A DNA stretch of 64,000 nucleotides from Nitrosopumilus sp. Lineage in GTDB: Archaea > Thermoproteota > Nitrososphaeria > Nitrososphaerales > Nitrosopumilaceae. The notes beneath the pieces were generated by a model, which was not told the origin of the DNA, did no database searches, and saw nothing but the letters and a program-made list of their open reading frames with translations. Of this stretch, positions 19,444-31,441 are shown piece by piece; positions within the stretch are counted from its first letter, which is position 1, and every line of letters starts with the position of its first letter. The position numbers and the translations under genes were made by a program. The DNA is taken from contig OZ241857.1 in NCBI GenBank assembly GCA_965203315.1, positions 192,001-256,000 of the forward strand, written 5' to 3'.

Positions 19444-21414
19444 ATGTTGCCTCAAATCAACGTTCAAGGTCAATCTCCTTTCAAGCAGTCTGGCGTATAT
19501 GAGGTTCAGATATCTATAGTTGATATCAAGCCATCTGAAGCAGACATTATCTCTAAGAATTTTCAAGCAATTTGGAAAGAAGATTTTCATCTTCGTGTAA
19601 ACGATGGTGCATTTACAGAGGTACTGGGCTCTGACGATAATCCTTTACCTGATTCTATTGCAGATTATGATCGGATCATCGTACTCGTAACTGATCTCTT
19701 TTCTGATAAATATTCTATAATCGAGGTACCGTTAGAGAGGCCTACACCTACTGTAGAGCCTTCACCAAAAGCTGTGAAAGATGTACCTGACCCACAAATA
19801 GACGAATCGAATCTCTCAGACGATCTAGATCAAAGTCCGTATGCCAATATGGGACCTCGCGGACCTCCAGGACCTAGAGGACTACCAGGTCCGATAGGTC
19901 AATCAGGTGACAAGGGACCAACTGGTGAACGAGGACAGCAGGGTGACAAGGGACCAACTGGTGAACGAGGTTCTAGAGGCGACACAGGAATGACTGGTGA
20001 CAGAGGCGACAAGGGCGACAAGGGACCAACAGGCCCTGTAGGCGACAAAGGTGATACGGGAATGCGCGGACCGATTGGTGACAAGGGCGACAAGGGACCA
20101 ACAGGCCCCGTAGGTGATAAAGGTGACACAGGACTACGTGGACCGATTGGCGACAAAGGTGACAAGGGACCAACAGGTCCTGTAGGCGACAAAGGTCAGC
20201 AGGGAATGCGCGGACCGATTGGTGACAAAGGTGACACAGGACCGCAAGGGCATCCTGGAGATAAAGGAATGATGGGTCCGGTAGGTCCACCTGGGCCTAA
20301 AGGTCCAACTGGTAATGCTGGTATTCAGGGTGAGAAGGGAATTCAGGGACCAACAGGCCCCGTAGGTGAGAAAGGTCCACAAGGCCCAACTGGCGACAAA
20401 GGCATGATGGGTGACAAGGGACCAACCGGCCCTGTAGGTATTACTGGAGATAAGGGCCCACAAGGACCACCTGGTCCAATAGGTGAGAGAGGCAGTAAAG
20501 GACATGAAGGCCCCGTAGGTGAGAAAGGACCACAAGGACCACAAGGACCAATAGGAGAAAAAGGACTGACAGGAGTTGTCGGTCCACAAGGCGATAAAGG
20601 AGATAAAGGAGAAAAAGGACTGACAGGAGACAAAGGCGACAAGGGACCACAAGGACCACTTGGCCCAATAGGCGAGAAAGGTGACAAGGGGCCTGTAGGA
20701 CAAGTAGGCGAGAAAGGTCAACAAGGTCAACAAGGTCCATCAGGATCTAAAGGACTGACAGGAGTTGTTGGTCCACAAGGCGATAAAGGAGAGAAAGGCA
20801 AGATTGGTGAGAAAGGCGACAAGGGACAGACGGGCGCAACAGGACCACCGGGCGACAAGGGCCCACAAGGCCCACCTGGTCCGATAGGTGAGAAGGGCAG
20901 CAAAGGACCTGAGGGGCCAATAGGCGAAAAGGGCCCACAAGGCCCACAGGGTCCTGCAGGACCTAAAGGACTGACAGGTGTACCAGGTCCGCAAGGTGAA
21001 AAAGGCGAAAAGGGCCAGATGGGTTTGATAGGCGACAAGGGACCAACAGGCCCTGTAGGCGCTGTGGGCGACAAGGGACCAACAGGCCCACAAGGATCAC
21101 AAGGTGAACGTGGACAGCCAGGTCCACCAGGCGAAAAGGGCCCACAAGGCCCACAAGGAATACAAGGACCACAAGGTGAACGTGGCCCCCTAGGTCCACT
21201 AGGTCCACCCGGCGATCAGGGTCCTCATGGAGAGCAAGGCCCACTAGGTCCACCCGGCCCCAGAGGTCCACCCGGTCCACCCGGCGAGAAAGGACCATCA
21301 GGAGGCATGTCTATAGAGTACAAGGCATTACTCAAAGAGTTGTTGGAGACCCTTACAGAAAAACAGATCATCACAGATGAAGAACAGATCAAACTCATGA
21401 GTTATCTCTACTAG
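19444..21414 (+). CDS. Collagen-like triple-helix protein
   Basis: About 160 consecutive Gly-X-Y triplets (19852-21309) between short globular/helical ends. Confidence 0.92.
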   Translation: MLPQINVQGQSPFKQSGVYEVQISIVDIKPSEADIISKNFQAIWKEDFHLRVNDGAFTEVLGSDDNPLPDSIADYDRIIVLVTDLFSDKYSIIEVPLERPTPTVEPSPKAVKDVPDPQIDESNLSDDLDQSPYANMGPRGPPGPRGLPGPIGQSGDKGPTGERGQQGDKGPTGERGSRGDTGMTGDRGDKGDKGPTGPVGDKGDTGMRGPIGDKGDKGPTGPVGDKGDTGLRGPIGDKGDKGPTGPVGDKGQQGMRGPIGDKGDTGPQGHPGDKGMMGPVGPPGPKGPTGNAGIQGEKGIQGPTGPVGEKGPQGPTGDKGMMGDKGPTGPVGITGDKGPQGPPGPIGERGSKGHEGPVGEKGPQGPQGPIGEKGLTGVVGPQGDKGDKGEKGLTGDKGDKGPQGPLGPIGEKGDKGPVGQVGEKGQQGQQGPSGSKGLTGVVGPQGDKGEKGKIGEKGDKGQTGATGPPGDKGPQGPPGPIGEKGSKGPEGPIGEKGPQGPQGPAGPKGLTGVPGPQGEKGEKGQMGLIGDKGPTGPVGAVGDKGPTGPQGSQGERGQPGPPGEKGPQGPQGIQGPQGERGPLGPLGPPGDQGPHGEQGPLGPPGPRGPPGPPGEKGPSGGMSIEYKALLKELLETLTEKQIITDEEQIKLMSYLY

Positions 21415-21946
21415 TCTAAATATTCGTAACGAGACCCTAGTGTAAATCCAAACAATCTCTGCAAACTAGACCTGTAAACCACAAATGATTTACAACTATC
21501 ATCTAGACATGAATCATCTAAAACTAGGATCAATATCATAACTGTCAAGTTTATCGCCAATTTATCTGATTGAACTACATCTCTAGATTTATGATCATTA
21601 TGACTATTCGTTACACGTTTCAAAATCTCTATCGTTTTATGCTACTCTACTGTTCTATGCATAAAACAACCGGTTCATCCTATTGCTCCGATATCATGAT
21701 ACCACGATACCATGTTATGCGAGTCGCTGAATTCCGATACAGATCTATATACGATGAAACGCGATCTTTATCATATTATTGAGAATAGACATAATAAATA
21801 GGCGTATTCGTCTAGTATCAATGCCAAATCAGATACGTACAAATGTAATCAACCTCTCTTATATCTCAAATATGCATATCTTCCAAAAGAACACATACAT
21901 CACAATACCACACATAGTACCGTACACAATTGTTAGAGGGATATGA

Positions 21947-22438
21947 ATGGCCAAGACATCAGTAGAGATGAAAGATCTGGTCGAAGAGTTTATCAAAGTA
22001 ACTGGAATCGACTATGAAGATCAGACTCCAAATATAGTCGGCAAGAGCGAGAATGTAGAGTGGCAGTATAGGGTTGGAGCAAATGTCATAGTCAACAAAA
22101 ACTCCAACAGAGGTGATCGAATTCATCTGAGTGTAAACATGAGATTCACTCCTCAAGACGCAGAGCTGTTAAAGATGGATAATCCATCATTTACCAAGGC
22201 ACTAAAAGAGATCAGCGAGATATGCACAACATGTAGGATTGGACATCAATGGCTCAAAGATGCTGACAAGACCATTGGTATTGGAATATTTACTCATGTG
22301 GATGAACAGATTCTAGATAGAGTAAACTTTCACAATGCATGGGATACATTGGTACAGGTCACTGGGCATGTTCAGATAATTTTGCGATCAAACTTTGTAA
22401 AGATCTCCAACACGACAAACAAATCGATCTATGGATGA
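21947..22438 (+). CDS. Hypothetical protein
   Basis: 163-aa ORF, convergent with argS. Confidence 0.65.
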   Translation: MAKTSVEMKDLVEEFIKVTGIDYEDQTPNIVGKSENVEWQYRVGANVIVNKNSNRGDRIHLSVNMRFTPQDAELLKMDNPSFTKALKEISEICTTCRIGHQWLKDADKTIGIGIFTHVDEQILDRVNFHNAWDTLVQVTGHVQIILRSNFVKISNTTNKSIYG

Positions 22439-22441
22439 ACA

Positions 22442-24319
22442 TCACATCTTGTCTGGAACTGTTATGCCAAGCAGATCTAGCGCGTCTTTGATCACCTTAC
22501 AAAACGAGTCTACCAACCACAGCCGTGCAGACTCGATCGAAGGTTCTATGCCCAATACTCTAGTTTCTTCATAAAATGCATTAAACGATACTGCTAGATC
22601 GTGACAGTATCTGGCAATAACCTTGGGTGATAGATTCTTTACTGCGTCATGTACATGCATTGGATACATACTGATATCTTTGATCAGGGCAAACTCTGTT
22701 GGTGTGGCAAAGACGTTACAATCTATATTGCTATGATCGAATTTATCAGATACTTTGTGATCAACCTTCTCCAAGATTCTTGACGCACGCGCAAAAGTGT
22801 ACATCAAGTATGTTGCAGTATCGCCGGTTAGACTTAGAGATTTGGTTAGATCAAATATGATGTTTCGTTCGAGATCTTGTTTTATCATCTCGTATCGTAG
22901 TGTACCTACTGCAATGTTGTGTGATATCAGATCGACTTTATCGTCACTCATGCTTGGGTTTCGTGCTCTGGTCTCTGCCGTAGCTCGTTCTCGCAGCATG
23001 TCGTATACTGCATCGATACTAACATAGAGTCCAGATCTACCAGACATTTGAGTCTGATTGCCACTTACATCTGCGCCCATCGCCTTGGCAGTATCGGAAC
23101 TCAGTGTTACGGATCCATAACGTAGATGTACATATGTAATATCTGACTCAAAGTTGGTCAGTATCTCTGATATGATATTTTGTAGTCTTGCTTGTCTAGA
23201 GTCTATGACAGTCAATACCTTGTTCCCTGAAAAGTTTATCTGCTTGCCATCTTTGAGAACAGACTTCCAGAGTGTCTTGGTATCCGGCTGATGTACATCA
23301 TATTGCACATAACGAAACGGATCCTCTACCAGACCCATCTTCCACGCAGCATACGATATATCCTTGGCGATATATGTCGCTGTACCGCTACTTCTTATAA
23401 GAACCTTGTCCTTTTCGTCGTCTCTTCCACGAATTACCCAACAACCCTTGTTGTCGCCTTGTGTCTCGAACTCGATCAGATTCATAGTCTTGAGTTTATC
23501 AAAGAGCTCAGACCAGAGACCGGATCGAATTATGTGGGATTCAAAGTTGAGACAGTCATAGAATACACCAATCTTCCAACACGTCTCTAACTGGCATGCG
23601 AGAACACGACGAGTTAAGTCTTGAGCAAATCGACCCACATCTGATGAGAGATCTTCGAGTTGGACTAGAGTGTCGTCGCGAAGTCTCTTTAACGTAGGAT
23701 CTAGATCGTATCGTTTGTGTGTCTGTACGTATACGTCGTCACCACAATAGTGATCAAATCTCTTCTCGGGAGATTCGTATGCAAATCCAAGATGTCTGAA
23801 TCCGACAACGACATCTGCTATCTGTAGCCCAAGATCATCGATATAGTTCAAGACACGTACATCATAGTTTACCTTGGTCAGAATCTTAGACACGACATCT
23901 CCTATTATCATATTTCTGAGATGACCTATGTGCAGAGCTTTGTTTGGGTTGACGCTGGTATGCTCAACGATTATGGGCATTCTCTTGCCTAGATCGATAT
24001 CCACAAGATCTGAGTCGGCAAGGACGAGTTTGGCAAAACTAGACCACTTTAGATCAAAGTTGATGTGACCAGAGGGCATGGCTGTAACACCATCTATCAA
24101 GGTGTGATTCAGAGACATGTACTGTTTGGCAATATCTTGCGCAATGATGGATGGTTTGGTCTTTAGATGTTTTGCCATCAAGAATGCGATATTCGATGTT
24201 AGATCTCCAAATCCAGGTTCAGATGGTTCTACTAAAAAGTTGACTAAAGGTATATCGAGTTTATCGGTGATTATCTTGAGATTTGTTCTGATCTCATCCA
24301 AGGCTATCTTGATCGTCAT
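22442..24319 (-). CDS. argS: Arginine--tRNA ligase
   Basis: EHTSVNPNKALHIGH, MSGRSG and DALR-type C-terminal domain. Confidence 0.95.
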   Translation of the reverse strand: MTIKIALDEIRTNLKIITDKLDIPLVNFLVEPSEPGFGDLTSNIAFLMAKHLKTKPSIIAQDIAKQYMSLNHTLIDGVTAMPSGHINFDLKWSSFAKLVLADSDLVDIDLGKRMPIIVEHTSVNPNKALHIGHLRNMIIGDVVSKILTKVNYDVRVLNYIDDLGLQIADVVVGFRHLGFAYESPEKRFDHYCGDDVYVQTHKRYDLDPTLKRLRDDTLVQLEDLSSDVGRFAQDLTRRVLACQLETCWKIGVFYDCLNFESHIIRSGLWSELFDKLKTMNLIEFETQGDNKGCWVIRGRDDEKDKVLIRSSGTATYIAKDISYAAWKMGLVEDPFRYVQYDVHQPDTKTLWKSVLKDGKQINFSGNKVLTVIDSRQARLQNIISEILTNFESDITYVHLRYGSVTLSSDTAKAMGADVSGNQTQMSGRSGLYVSIDAVYDMLRERATAETRARNPSMSDDKVDLISHNIAVGTLRYEMIKQDLERNIIFDLTKSLSLTGDTATYLMYTFARASRILEKVDHKVSDKFDHSNIDCNVFATPTEFALIKDISMYPMHVHDAVKNLSPKVIARYCHDLAVSFNAFYEETRVLGIEPSIESARLWLVDSFCKVIKDALDLLGITVPDKM

Positions 24320-24325
24320 GGTTCA

Positions 24326-25042
24326 TCACAGCTCTGGTGCTAGCCTGTCTAGCGCTTCTATTACTCCATCTCCTGACTTTGCAGATACGACCATGGTTGC
24401 AGCACTCTTTACATCACTAAATGCATTTCCTAATGCTATACTGGTATCGGCCATCGCAAATAGTGGAATGTCTGTAGAGCTATCTCCTATTGCAATCACA
24501 TCGCTCCTGGTAATTCCGAGTCGCTCCATGACTATGCCAAATCCAGTCCCTTTGTCTATTCCAGAAGAGTTGATGTGGTATGCGTACTGGCTATCAGATA
24601 ACTGAACGTCGAGATCGTTCTCAGATATTATCACTCTTGCTTCATCTAGATCAAAAGTTCGCTCTAGTACTATCTCAGTCATCCTAGGAAATACTGATTT
24701 TTCTTGAACACCATCTATCGATGCTTTGATCTTATCCAAAGCTCGTTTACACTCATCTAGTCTTCCAAGCAAGGTATGTTCATTTGTACCATATGTGATG
24801 CAGCCTCCATTCTCGCCCACGGCAATAGGTGTAGTTCCACCAAAGACGGCGAGTAGAAATCCCTCTACAGATGATCTACCGGTCACATAGATTACTTTAT
24901 GTCCCATCAAGACTAGATTCCGCAGTACGACCAATGCATCTAGATGTATGCGACCGGCACCGTTCTCTGTTATTGTACCATCGATATCTATTGCAAATGT
25001 ACGTTCATGTACACTCTTGTCACGCATGATGATATCTCCCAT
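24326..25042 (-). CDS. HAD-family (phosphoglycolate-type) phosphatase
   Basis: DIDGT, GENG and IGDSSTD motifs. Confidence 0.88.
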   Translation of the reverse strand: MGDIIMRDKSVHERTFAIDIDGTITENGAGRIHLDALVVLRNLVLMGHKVIYVTGRSSVEGFLLAVFGGTTPIAVGENGGCITYGTNEHTLLGRLDECKRALDKIKASIDGVQEKSVFPRMTEIVLERTFDLDEARVIISENDLDVQLSDSQYAYHINSSGIDKGTGFGIVMERLGITRSDVIAIGDSSTDIPLFAMADTSIALGNAFSDVKSAATMVVSAKSGDGVIEALDRLAPEL

Positions 25043-25106
25043 CTAAATGTCTACACAATTTAGATTTGACAGTACACTAGTAGTATAATTTTATTTGTAG
25101 TGTGAT

Positions 25107-26228
25107 TTGAGAAAAGCAAGATTGGGAATTCCTGAAAAGATCAAAGCCATCCAAGATGAGATGGCTCGAACACAGATAAACAAAGCGACAGAGCATCATC
25201 TAGGCTTACTCAAGGCCAAGATTGCAAAACTGAAACGTGAACAAGAGGATGCAATAACAAAAAAGTCGAGTGCAAAATCTGACGGATTCGATGTGAGAAG
25301 AACAGGCGATGCAACCGTTGTCTTTATAGGACTGCCTAGTGTTGGCAAATCTACATTACTTAACAGACTTACTGATGCCAAATCCACCGTAGGCGCATTT
25401 CAGTTTACGACACTAACTGTAGTTCCTGGGATGATGGACTATCGCGGAGCAAAGATCCAAGTTTTAGATCTGCCTGGGATCATCAAAGGAGCATCTACTG
25501 GCAAAGGTCTTGGAAAGAGAATTCTATCTGTTGCGCGTACTGCTGATCTGATTCTCTTGGTGTTGGACGTCTTTCAACCATATCATGAAGATGTATTGGT
25601 AAACGAGTTGGGAAATATAGGAATAAGGCTGAATCAGCTTCCACCAAACATAACTATCGAAAAGGCATCCACGGGGGGAATTGCTGTCGCACAACAAGTA
25701 AAGATGACAAAGATCACTGAAAAACATCTCAAAGATATCTTGCATCTCTATGGAATAACTAGCGCACGTGTTGTGATTCGTGAGGATATCACATCTGAAC
25801 AGATATCGGACTTTATTGCAGGCAATATCAGTTATGCAAAGGCGATCACCATATTGAATAAGATAGATCTAGTAGATGATATCTTTTTGAACAAGCTCGA
25901 GACAGAGATAAAGAGTCCTGTCATCCAAGTCTCTGCAAACTCTAATATCAATATTGAACATTTGAAAGAGACGATCTATAACAGGCTCAAGTTCATTCGA
26001 ATATACATGAGGCCAAAAGGCGGCAAGACAGATTTTGAAGAACCTCTGATTGCAAGAGAGGGCGATACCGTTGAAGATATCTGTAACAAACTTCATAGAC
26101 GAATGAGACGTGAATTCAGATACGGTATGGTTTGGGGCAAGAGTGTAAAGTTTGGTGGGCAACGTGTTGGTTTAGGACATATACTTCAGGATGAAGATGT
26201 ACTTACTATAATCAAGACGCGTACATGA
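25107..26228 (+). CDS. DRG/OBG-family GTPase with TGS domain
   Basis: GLPSVGKS, FTT, DLPG and NKID motifs. Confidence 0.95.
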   Translation: MRKARLGIPEKIKAIQDEMARTQINKATEHHLGLLKAKIAKLKREQEDAITKKSSAKSDGFDVRRTGDATVVFIGLPSVGKSTLLNRLTDAKSTVGAFQFTTLTVVPGMMDYRGAKIQVLDLPGIIKGASTGKGLGKRILSVARTADLILLVLDVFQPYHEDVLVNELGNIGIRLNQLPPNITIEKASTGGIAVAQQVKMTKITEKHLKDILHLYGITSARVVIREDITSEQISDFIAGNISYAKAITILNKIDLVDDIFLNKLETEIKSPVIQVSANSNINIEHLKETIYNRLKFIRIYMRPKGGKTDFEEPLIAREGDTVEDICNKLHRRMRREFRYGMVWGKSVKFGGQRVGLGHILQDEDVLTIIKTRT

Positions 26229-26415
26229 TAGACTATGTTCTATAAACTCTAGTTGGAGTATATTGCTAAGAGATGGAATCACATCGCTGATGTTCATAAT
26301 CTACATATTGCGAGATCAAACTATACAATTCGATGTTAAACTAGTATATTGTATATAATGCCGAGTCTTGTCAATAACTGGTACGGCACATGTACTTCAT
26401 GATCTGGAATTTGAT

Positions 26416-26527
26416 CATACATCAAAGTGCAAAAGTATTCTCCAAGTAGATCGTAGAATAGCATGTGTGTAATTATGAATACATCTTTACGAAAACCAAA
26501 AGTACCTCATTTGAACGATTTTGCCTA
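26416..26527. mobile_element. Partial inverted copy of MITE A2
   Basis: Reverse complement resembles about 55-165; ends TTTTGCCTA|TAG. Confidence 0.65.
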
Positions 26528-26680
26528 TAGAAATAGCATATGCACTGTTGTCATTACAAGATGAGTACGTACATAAAAAGTACATATACGTTCTTTTGTT
26601 GTCGCCTTGGAAAATACTTTTGCACTTTGGTATAGAACCCAAGATCACAATTGTTTTATAATGTGTTATAGTTCGGGGTA

Positions 26681-29600
26681 TTGTTGCATGTGCGAAATCA
26701 CACGTTAATTCTTGTACTTGCGTTATTTGTAGTTGTACCTAGTATAGTCTTTGCTCAAAACACTGATAATCTAAAATCGTCTGTTGTACCTGATATTGAA
26801 CCCGCCGATGATACTATAGGTCCTGTTGCAAATGTTGGTGCCGAGTACAAATTCGATGATGGTTTTTACCAAAAAATTCAGGATCTGATCAAAGAGACTC
26901 CTCAAGAAGGTGATCCAGGTGTATATGATGGTACCAGATACTATGGCGTAATACTAGTTGTAAGCCGAGACGATGGTGATGATAGAACAGGTGACGAGAC
27001 AGCAAAAGAGAACAAAGGAGCACTTGTAAAACGACTCGAACTATTAGGAGCTCGAGATATCCTCGCAGCAGAGTCTCTCTCTTTTGTAACTGCTTCTATG
27101 CCGGTAGGAGAAGTACCTGGTTTTTCGTTACATGATGAAGTATTCAAGATGGGTGATGGTGAACTAGCTGTGTTTCCAGCCGTGGATACTGCCAGAAGAG
27201 CGATTAACGCTGCTCCTGAAGATATACCCAGAATAAATGGCAGAATAGTTAATGGTAGTGGTATAGTTGTTGCGGTTGTAGATCATGGAATACACAGCAT
27301 ATATCTAAATGATAAAGTTAGTGATAGGGCATACTGTCCTAAAAACACATGTACAGTTGATCGTGGAATAATGTCGTGGAGTAATGGGACACAGATTCCA
27401 GGATTCAATGCTACCGCCTCGACTCATGGTACCCAAGTTGCACATGTTCTTGCAGCGTCTGGAATGTCAAACCATAACGGAATTGCATCTGGTATCACAT
27501 TGTTGGATGCTATGCTCAACTATCATAATATTCAAACACCTCATATTCAAACATATATTGTTGCGGATTTCGCACATTCATTTGATTGGGCATACAGTCG
27601 TGGCGCAGACATTGCAGTTACCAGTATAACTTCTAGCTTGTGTGACAGCTCTTCATTAACTGGATCATTTAATCTAGTTCTAAATGAGGCTGTTGATAAA
27701 GGAATGGTAGTAGTTGGAGTATCCGGAAATTTTCAATCGGAATTTCCTAGACAGACCCCATTTTACAAGTCAGTAAAAAATCCAGGCTGTACAAATAACA
27801 TAATTACGGTAGGAGGTATTGATGCTAGTGTATCTGGTACATTAAAAATGTATGATGATTCAAGGCGAGGTCCAACAAACGATCTTACGCCAATACTAAA
27901 ACCAGAGATTGTTGCTCCTGCTGTTGGAATTCAAACTCTTGATAACTCGATAAACAGCAACACTAGCCCTCGTAGCGGTACAAGTCTTGCATCACCACAA
28001 GTAGCTGCTGCAAGCGCGTTACTGCTAGAAGCAGAACCAAGTCTCACTCCCGCAGAGATAAAAGCACTCCTTTTGCTAGGGGCAATTTGGACCGGTCCAG
28101 TTCCATGTACATCTACAATGTACGAAAAAAATAATAGCAATAACTGCTCTTTTGCAAAGCAACCTGCTGATTCCAATGCTGCAAACAATCGAGCGTCATT
28201 AAATATTCTAAACAATGTTGGCTTTGGTATACTTGATGTAGGAAAATCCATCAGTTATTCCCCACGATCTCTATCCAATGTTGTATCTGATTATATTGAT
28301 CATAATGGAGTAACTTCCAAGAAATACACATTTACAGCAAATAGTGTCTCAGATCCAGTAAAGATAATTCTCACTTGGCTTGTGCATCCACATGGCGGTA
28401 TTTTAGAACAAAGTCGGGTTGGTTATTCAATTCCAGTAGCGGATCTCAACTTTACAGTGAGATGTGGCGATCAAGTAGTACATGCTACATCAAAATACCA
28501 GACAAACGAATTCATAGTATTCAAACCGTCTCAATTAGGTACGTGTACCATAACTGTTACCGGTTCTGGACTAGATACTATTTTCAAGCCAGTACAAAGT
28601 TATACACTTGCAAGTACACGGCCATTAACTACGGTATTGCCATCCAACAGTCTACCTGGTGCAACACCGGATACGATAATAGTTAGTCCAGGGATGCCAT
28701 CCACTATATACTTTACAGGTCATGACTCTGATGGGGATTCTATATCGTTTAGTGTAACACGCGATCCAACTCAGGGCATAATAACGGCTGACGAGTTTAT
28801 CACAAAGACTCACTCCCGAGCAATGTACACACCAAATGACAACTTTACAGGAAGAGACACATTTCAGATCACGCCATCTGACGGAGTAAATCAACATGGT
28901 ACTCCTGCAACCATAACTTTGATCGAAGAGACGCTTCCTACAAACTCAAAAAAGGTTTCCGTAATGTCGAGCAATGTACGCCATTGGGACACTAATGAAT
29001 TTTCATCAAATTCACCATTAACTCCATTCACTAAAACATTTGTGGGTCCAACATATCCAGTATCTGCAATTCAATTAGGTTCTGTAAATGTAGAGGGCGG
29101 ACTTGCCATATTTACAACATCAGATGGCAACACATATCGAGCTGTTGTACCGCCGAGTGGTGCCAGAATGATAGAGTTTCCATCATCCATAATGATTCAA
29201 ACTATGGAACTTGCTTCAGAGTGGATAGATGAGGAATCAATACACAACACAACGAAAAACATACCTACCGACATTCGAATCTTTGCAGGATATGTACCTA
29301 GTTCATGTGTATCACTATCCGGCTCAAGCGGTGCCAACTCTTGTCCTGCACATACGACACACTTGTTTAGTTCATCTCCAAATCTTGCAATTCCGGACAA
29401 CGCAGACAATCAGGACACAACTGACACTATTCGCATATCTGAGAATGGCACAATAAGAAAGATTACTGTATCTCTGGATATAACTCACACATTCATTGGT
29501 GATCTCAAAGTCATACTTACACCACCTAGCGGTAAATCCATAACGTTACATGATCGAACAGGCGGAAATCAAGATGACATCAAGAGATCATATACATCAG

Positions 29601-31441
29601 AGATATCTTCTCTCATCGGTACCCATCTTGCAGGTGATTGGGTCTTGTCGGTAGGTGATTATGCAGGTAGTGACGTGGGAAGAATAAATTCGTGGTCTAT
29701 AAGTACAGAGTCTGCTTTCACAGATGCTCCTGTTACGTCGCCAACCGTCCCATCTACGCCTCAACCCACAAACACAACAATATTCTCTGACAACTTTGAG
29801 TTATCCCTCTCTGACAAGTGGACCGAATCTGGCGAGAGTGATTGGAGAATTACAACACCCAGCGCTCACTATGTTCCAAATGTACCTGGTTCATCTCCAA
29901 CAAACAAGATATTACATGCCGACAATTGTGATACTGGTTGTACATTAACATTAACCAATTCAATAGACCTATCTGGATACACATCGGCAACACTCTCTTT
30001 TTGGCGATTTGTTGATTCGTCTCTAGATGATGATGAATATCTCAAAGTTGAACTGTACAACGGCAGAACATGGAATACGATATATCATTGGTCGGATAAC
30101 TTGGATAATGATGATGGTCGATGGAATTTAGAGTCATACAATTTACAATCATATCTGGTATCAAACTTTAAGATGAGACTGGTAACTCAACAGAGTTCTA
30201 CCACTGAAGACGTACAGATAGACGATATCAAGATAACTAGTGGTTCTACAACCACATCTAGACCAACTGTACCATCTACACCTCAATACTCGATATATGT
30301 AGCAGATACAGACGATGACGAGATTGCCGTATTCTCTTCTACCGGTACATTTGTTGGCAATATCATTCCTCGAGGATCAGGGGATCTAGATTATCCAACC
30401 GATCTAGTATTTGACACAAATGGAAATATCTACGTCTCTGATTTCATAAACAACAAGATTCGCAAGTATTCCAGTACTGGTTCAGTACTCGATAAAACCT
30501 GGGCTACAACTGTAGGATCTCCACATGGGATGACCTGGAATGGAGACATGCTATACGTTGCAACAGCACGTGGTGTGGAGCGATTTTCACTGTCTGGTTC
30601 TTCTCTAGGATTATTTGGTGATGCTGTTCAAGGAACTAACCCCTCACATACGAATAAACTATCCACACCGAGCGATGTAATATTCTGTAATAACAAAATG
30701 TATGTTGCAGATAGTGGTTGGGGTAAAATATTCTACTATTCTACTTTTGGTTCTCTGTTAGGTACAATCTCACCGGGTACAAATAATCCCAATACCCAAC
30801 ATTCTAGAGGACTAGAGTGTGGTCCAGCAATAATCGGTAGTGGCACTAGTCTATATCAGAGTGGTGGTGATGCTGGCAGAGTAAATGAGATAAACTATCG
30901 TACAAATTCCTTGATACGCGAGTTTACGTCAGATGTTGATGAGCCACATCGTATGGATATGGATAGTCTAGGTAATCTCTATGTCGCAAACAAGGACGAT
31001 GATAATATAATAATGATCAATCAAACAGGTGTAACAGAGGTTGCAGATTATAGACTTGATGATCCACGCGGTGTACAGATAGGACCTGTCTACAGATCAG
31101 TATCTGGTTCTTCTGGACAAGACATACCAGATAATGATCAACCCGAGTTTGACGTATTATTGCAAAACGGTACACGTGCTAGTACGCCACTGTTCATGAC
31201 ATCGAACAGCTCTATCACATTATACGTGAACGCAACTGACCCGCAAGACGATCCAATCACAATTGGTATCATACCTGAACTCATACCTGAATCTAGTTTA
31301 TTATTCATAGATAACAAGAACGGCACAGCTAGTGTTACTGTAGACACCACAGATTTGGATACTGGTAACTATCTGTTCTGGATTAAAGTATCTGATGATA
31401 CAGAGTTTGATCAGGTGCCATTTCTAGTGAGTGTACAATGA
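26681..31441 (+). CDS. Secreted multidomain S8 subtilase (P-domain, Ig-like, NHL repeats)
   Basis: Signal peptide; triad VVDHG / THGT / GTSLASP; HTFIGDL P-domain; NHL-like repeats. Confidence 0.9.
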   Translation: MLHVRNHTLILVLALFVVVPSIVFAQNTDNLKSSVVPDIEPADDTIGPVANVGAEYKFDDGFYQKIQDLIKETPQEGDPGVYDGTRYYGVILVVSRDDGDDRTGDETAKENKGALVKRLELLGARDILAAESLSFVTASMPVGEVPGFSLHDEVFKMGDGELAVFPAVDTARRAINAAPEDIPRINGRIVNGSGIVVAVVDHGIHSIYLNDKVSDRAYCPKNTCTVDRGIMSWSNGTQIPGFNATASTHGTQVAHVLAASGMSNHNGIASGITLLDAMLNYHNIQTPHIQTYIVADFAHSFDWAYSRGADIAVTSITSSLCDSSSLTGSFNLVLNEAVDKGMVVVGVSGNFQSEFPRQTPFYKSVKNPGCTNNIITVGGIDASVSGTLKMYDDSRRGPTNDLTPILKPEIVAPAVGIQTLDNSINSNTSPRSGTSLASPQVAAASALLLEAEPSLTPAEIKALLLLGAIWTGPVPCTSTMYEKNNSNNCSFAKQPADSNAANNRASLNILNNVGFGILDVGKSISYSPRSLSNVVSDYIDHNGVTSKKYTFTANSVSDPVKIILTWLVHPHGGILEQSRVGYSIPVADLNFTVRCGDQVVHATSKYQTNEFIVFKPSQLGTCTITVTGSGLDTIFKPVQSYTLASTRPLTTVLPSNSLPGATPDTIIVSPGMPSTIYFTGHDSDGDSISFSVTRDPTQGIITADEFITKTHSRAMYTPNDNFTGRDTFQITPSDGVNQHGTPATITLIEETLPTNSKKVSVMSSNVRHWDTNEFSSNSPLTPFTKTFVGPTYPVSAIQLGSVNVEGGLAIFTTSDGNTYRAVVPPSGARMIEFPSSIMIQTMELASEWIDEESIHNTTKNIPTDIRIFAGYVPSSCVSLSGSSGANSCPAHTTHLFSSSPNLAIPDNADNQDTTDTIRISENGTIRKITVSLDITHTFIGDLKVILTPPSGKSITLHDRTGGNQDDIKRSYTSEISSLIGTHLAGDWVLSVGDYAGSDVGRINSWSISTESAFTDAPVTSPTVPSTPQPTNTTIFSDNFELSLSDKWTESGESDWRITTPSAHYVPNVPGSSPTNKILHADNCDTGCTLTLTNSIDLSGYTSATLSFWRFVDSSLDDDEYLKVELYNGRTWNTIYHWSDNLDNDDGRWNLESYNLQSYLVSNFKMRLVTQQSSTTEDVQIDDIKITSGSTTTSRPTVPSTPQYSIYVADTDDDEIAVFSSTGTFVGNIIPRGSGDLDYPTDLVFDTNGNIYVSDFINNKIRKYSSTGSVLDKTWATTVGSPHGMTWNGDMLYVATARGVERFSLSGSSLGLFGDAVQGTNPSHTNKLSTPSDVIFCNNKMYVADSGWGKIFYYSTFGSLLGTISPGTNNPNTQHSRGLECGPAIIGSGTSLYQSGGDAGRVNEINYRTNSLIREFTSDVDEPHRMDMDSLGNLYVANKDDDNIIMINQTGVTEVADYRLDDPRGVQIGPVYRSVSGSSGQDIPDNDQPEFDVLLQNGTRASTPLFMTSNSSITLYVNATDPQDDPITIGIIPELIPESSLLFIDNKNGTASVTVDTTDLDTGNYLFWIKVSDDTEFDQVPFLVSVQ

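Noticed and set aside
19899-21298. Many minus-strand ORFs over the collagen gene
   Set aside because: Shadows of the Gly-X-Y codon periodicity.
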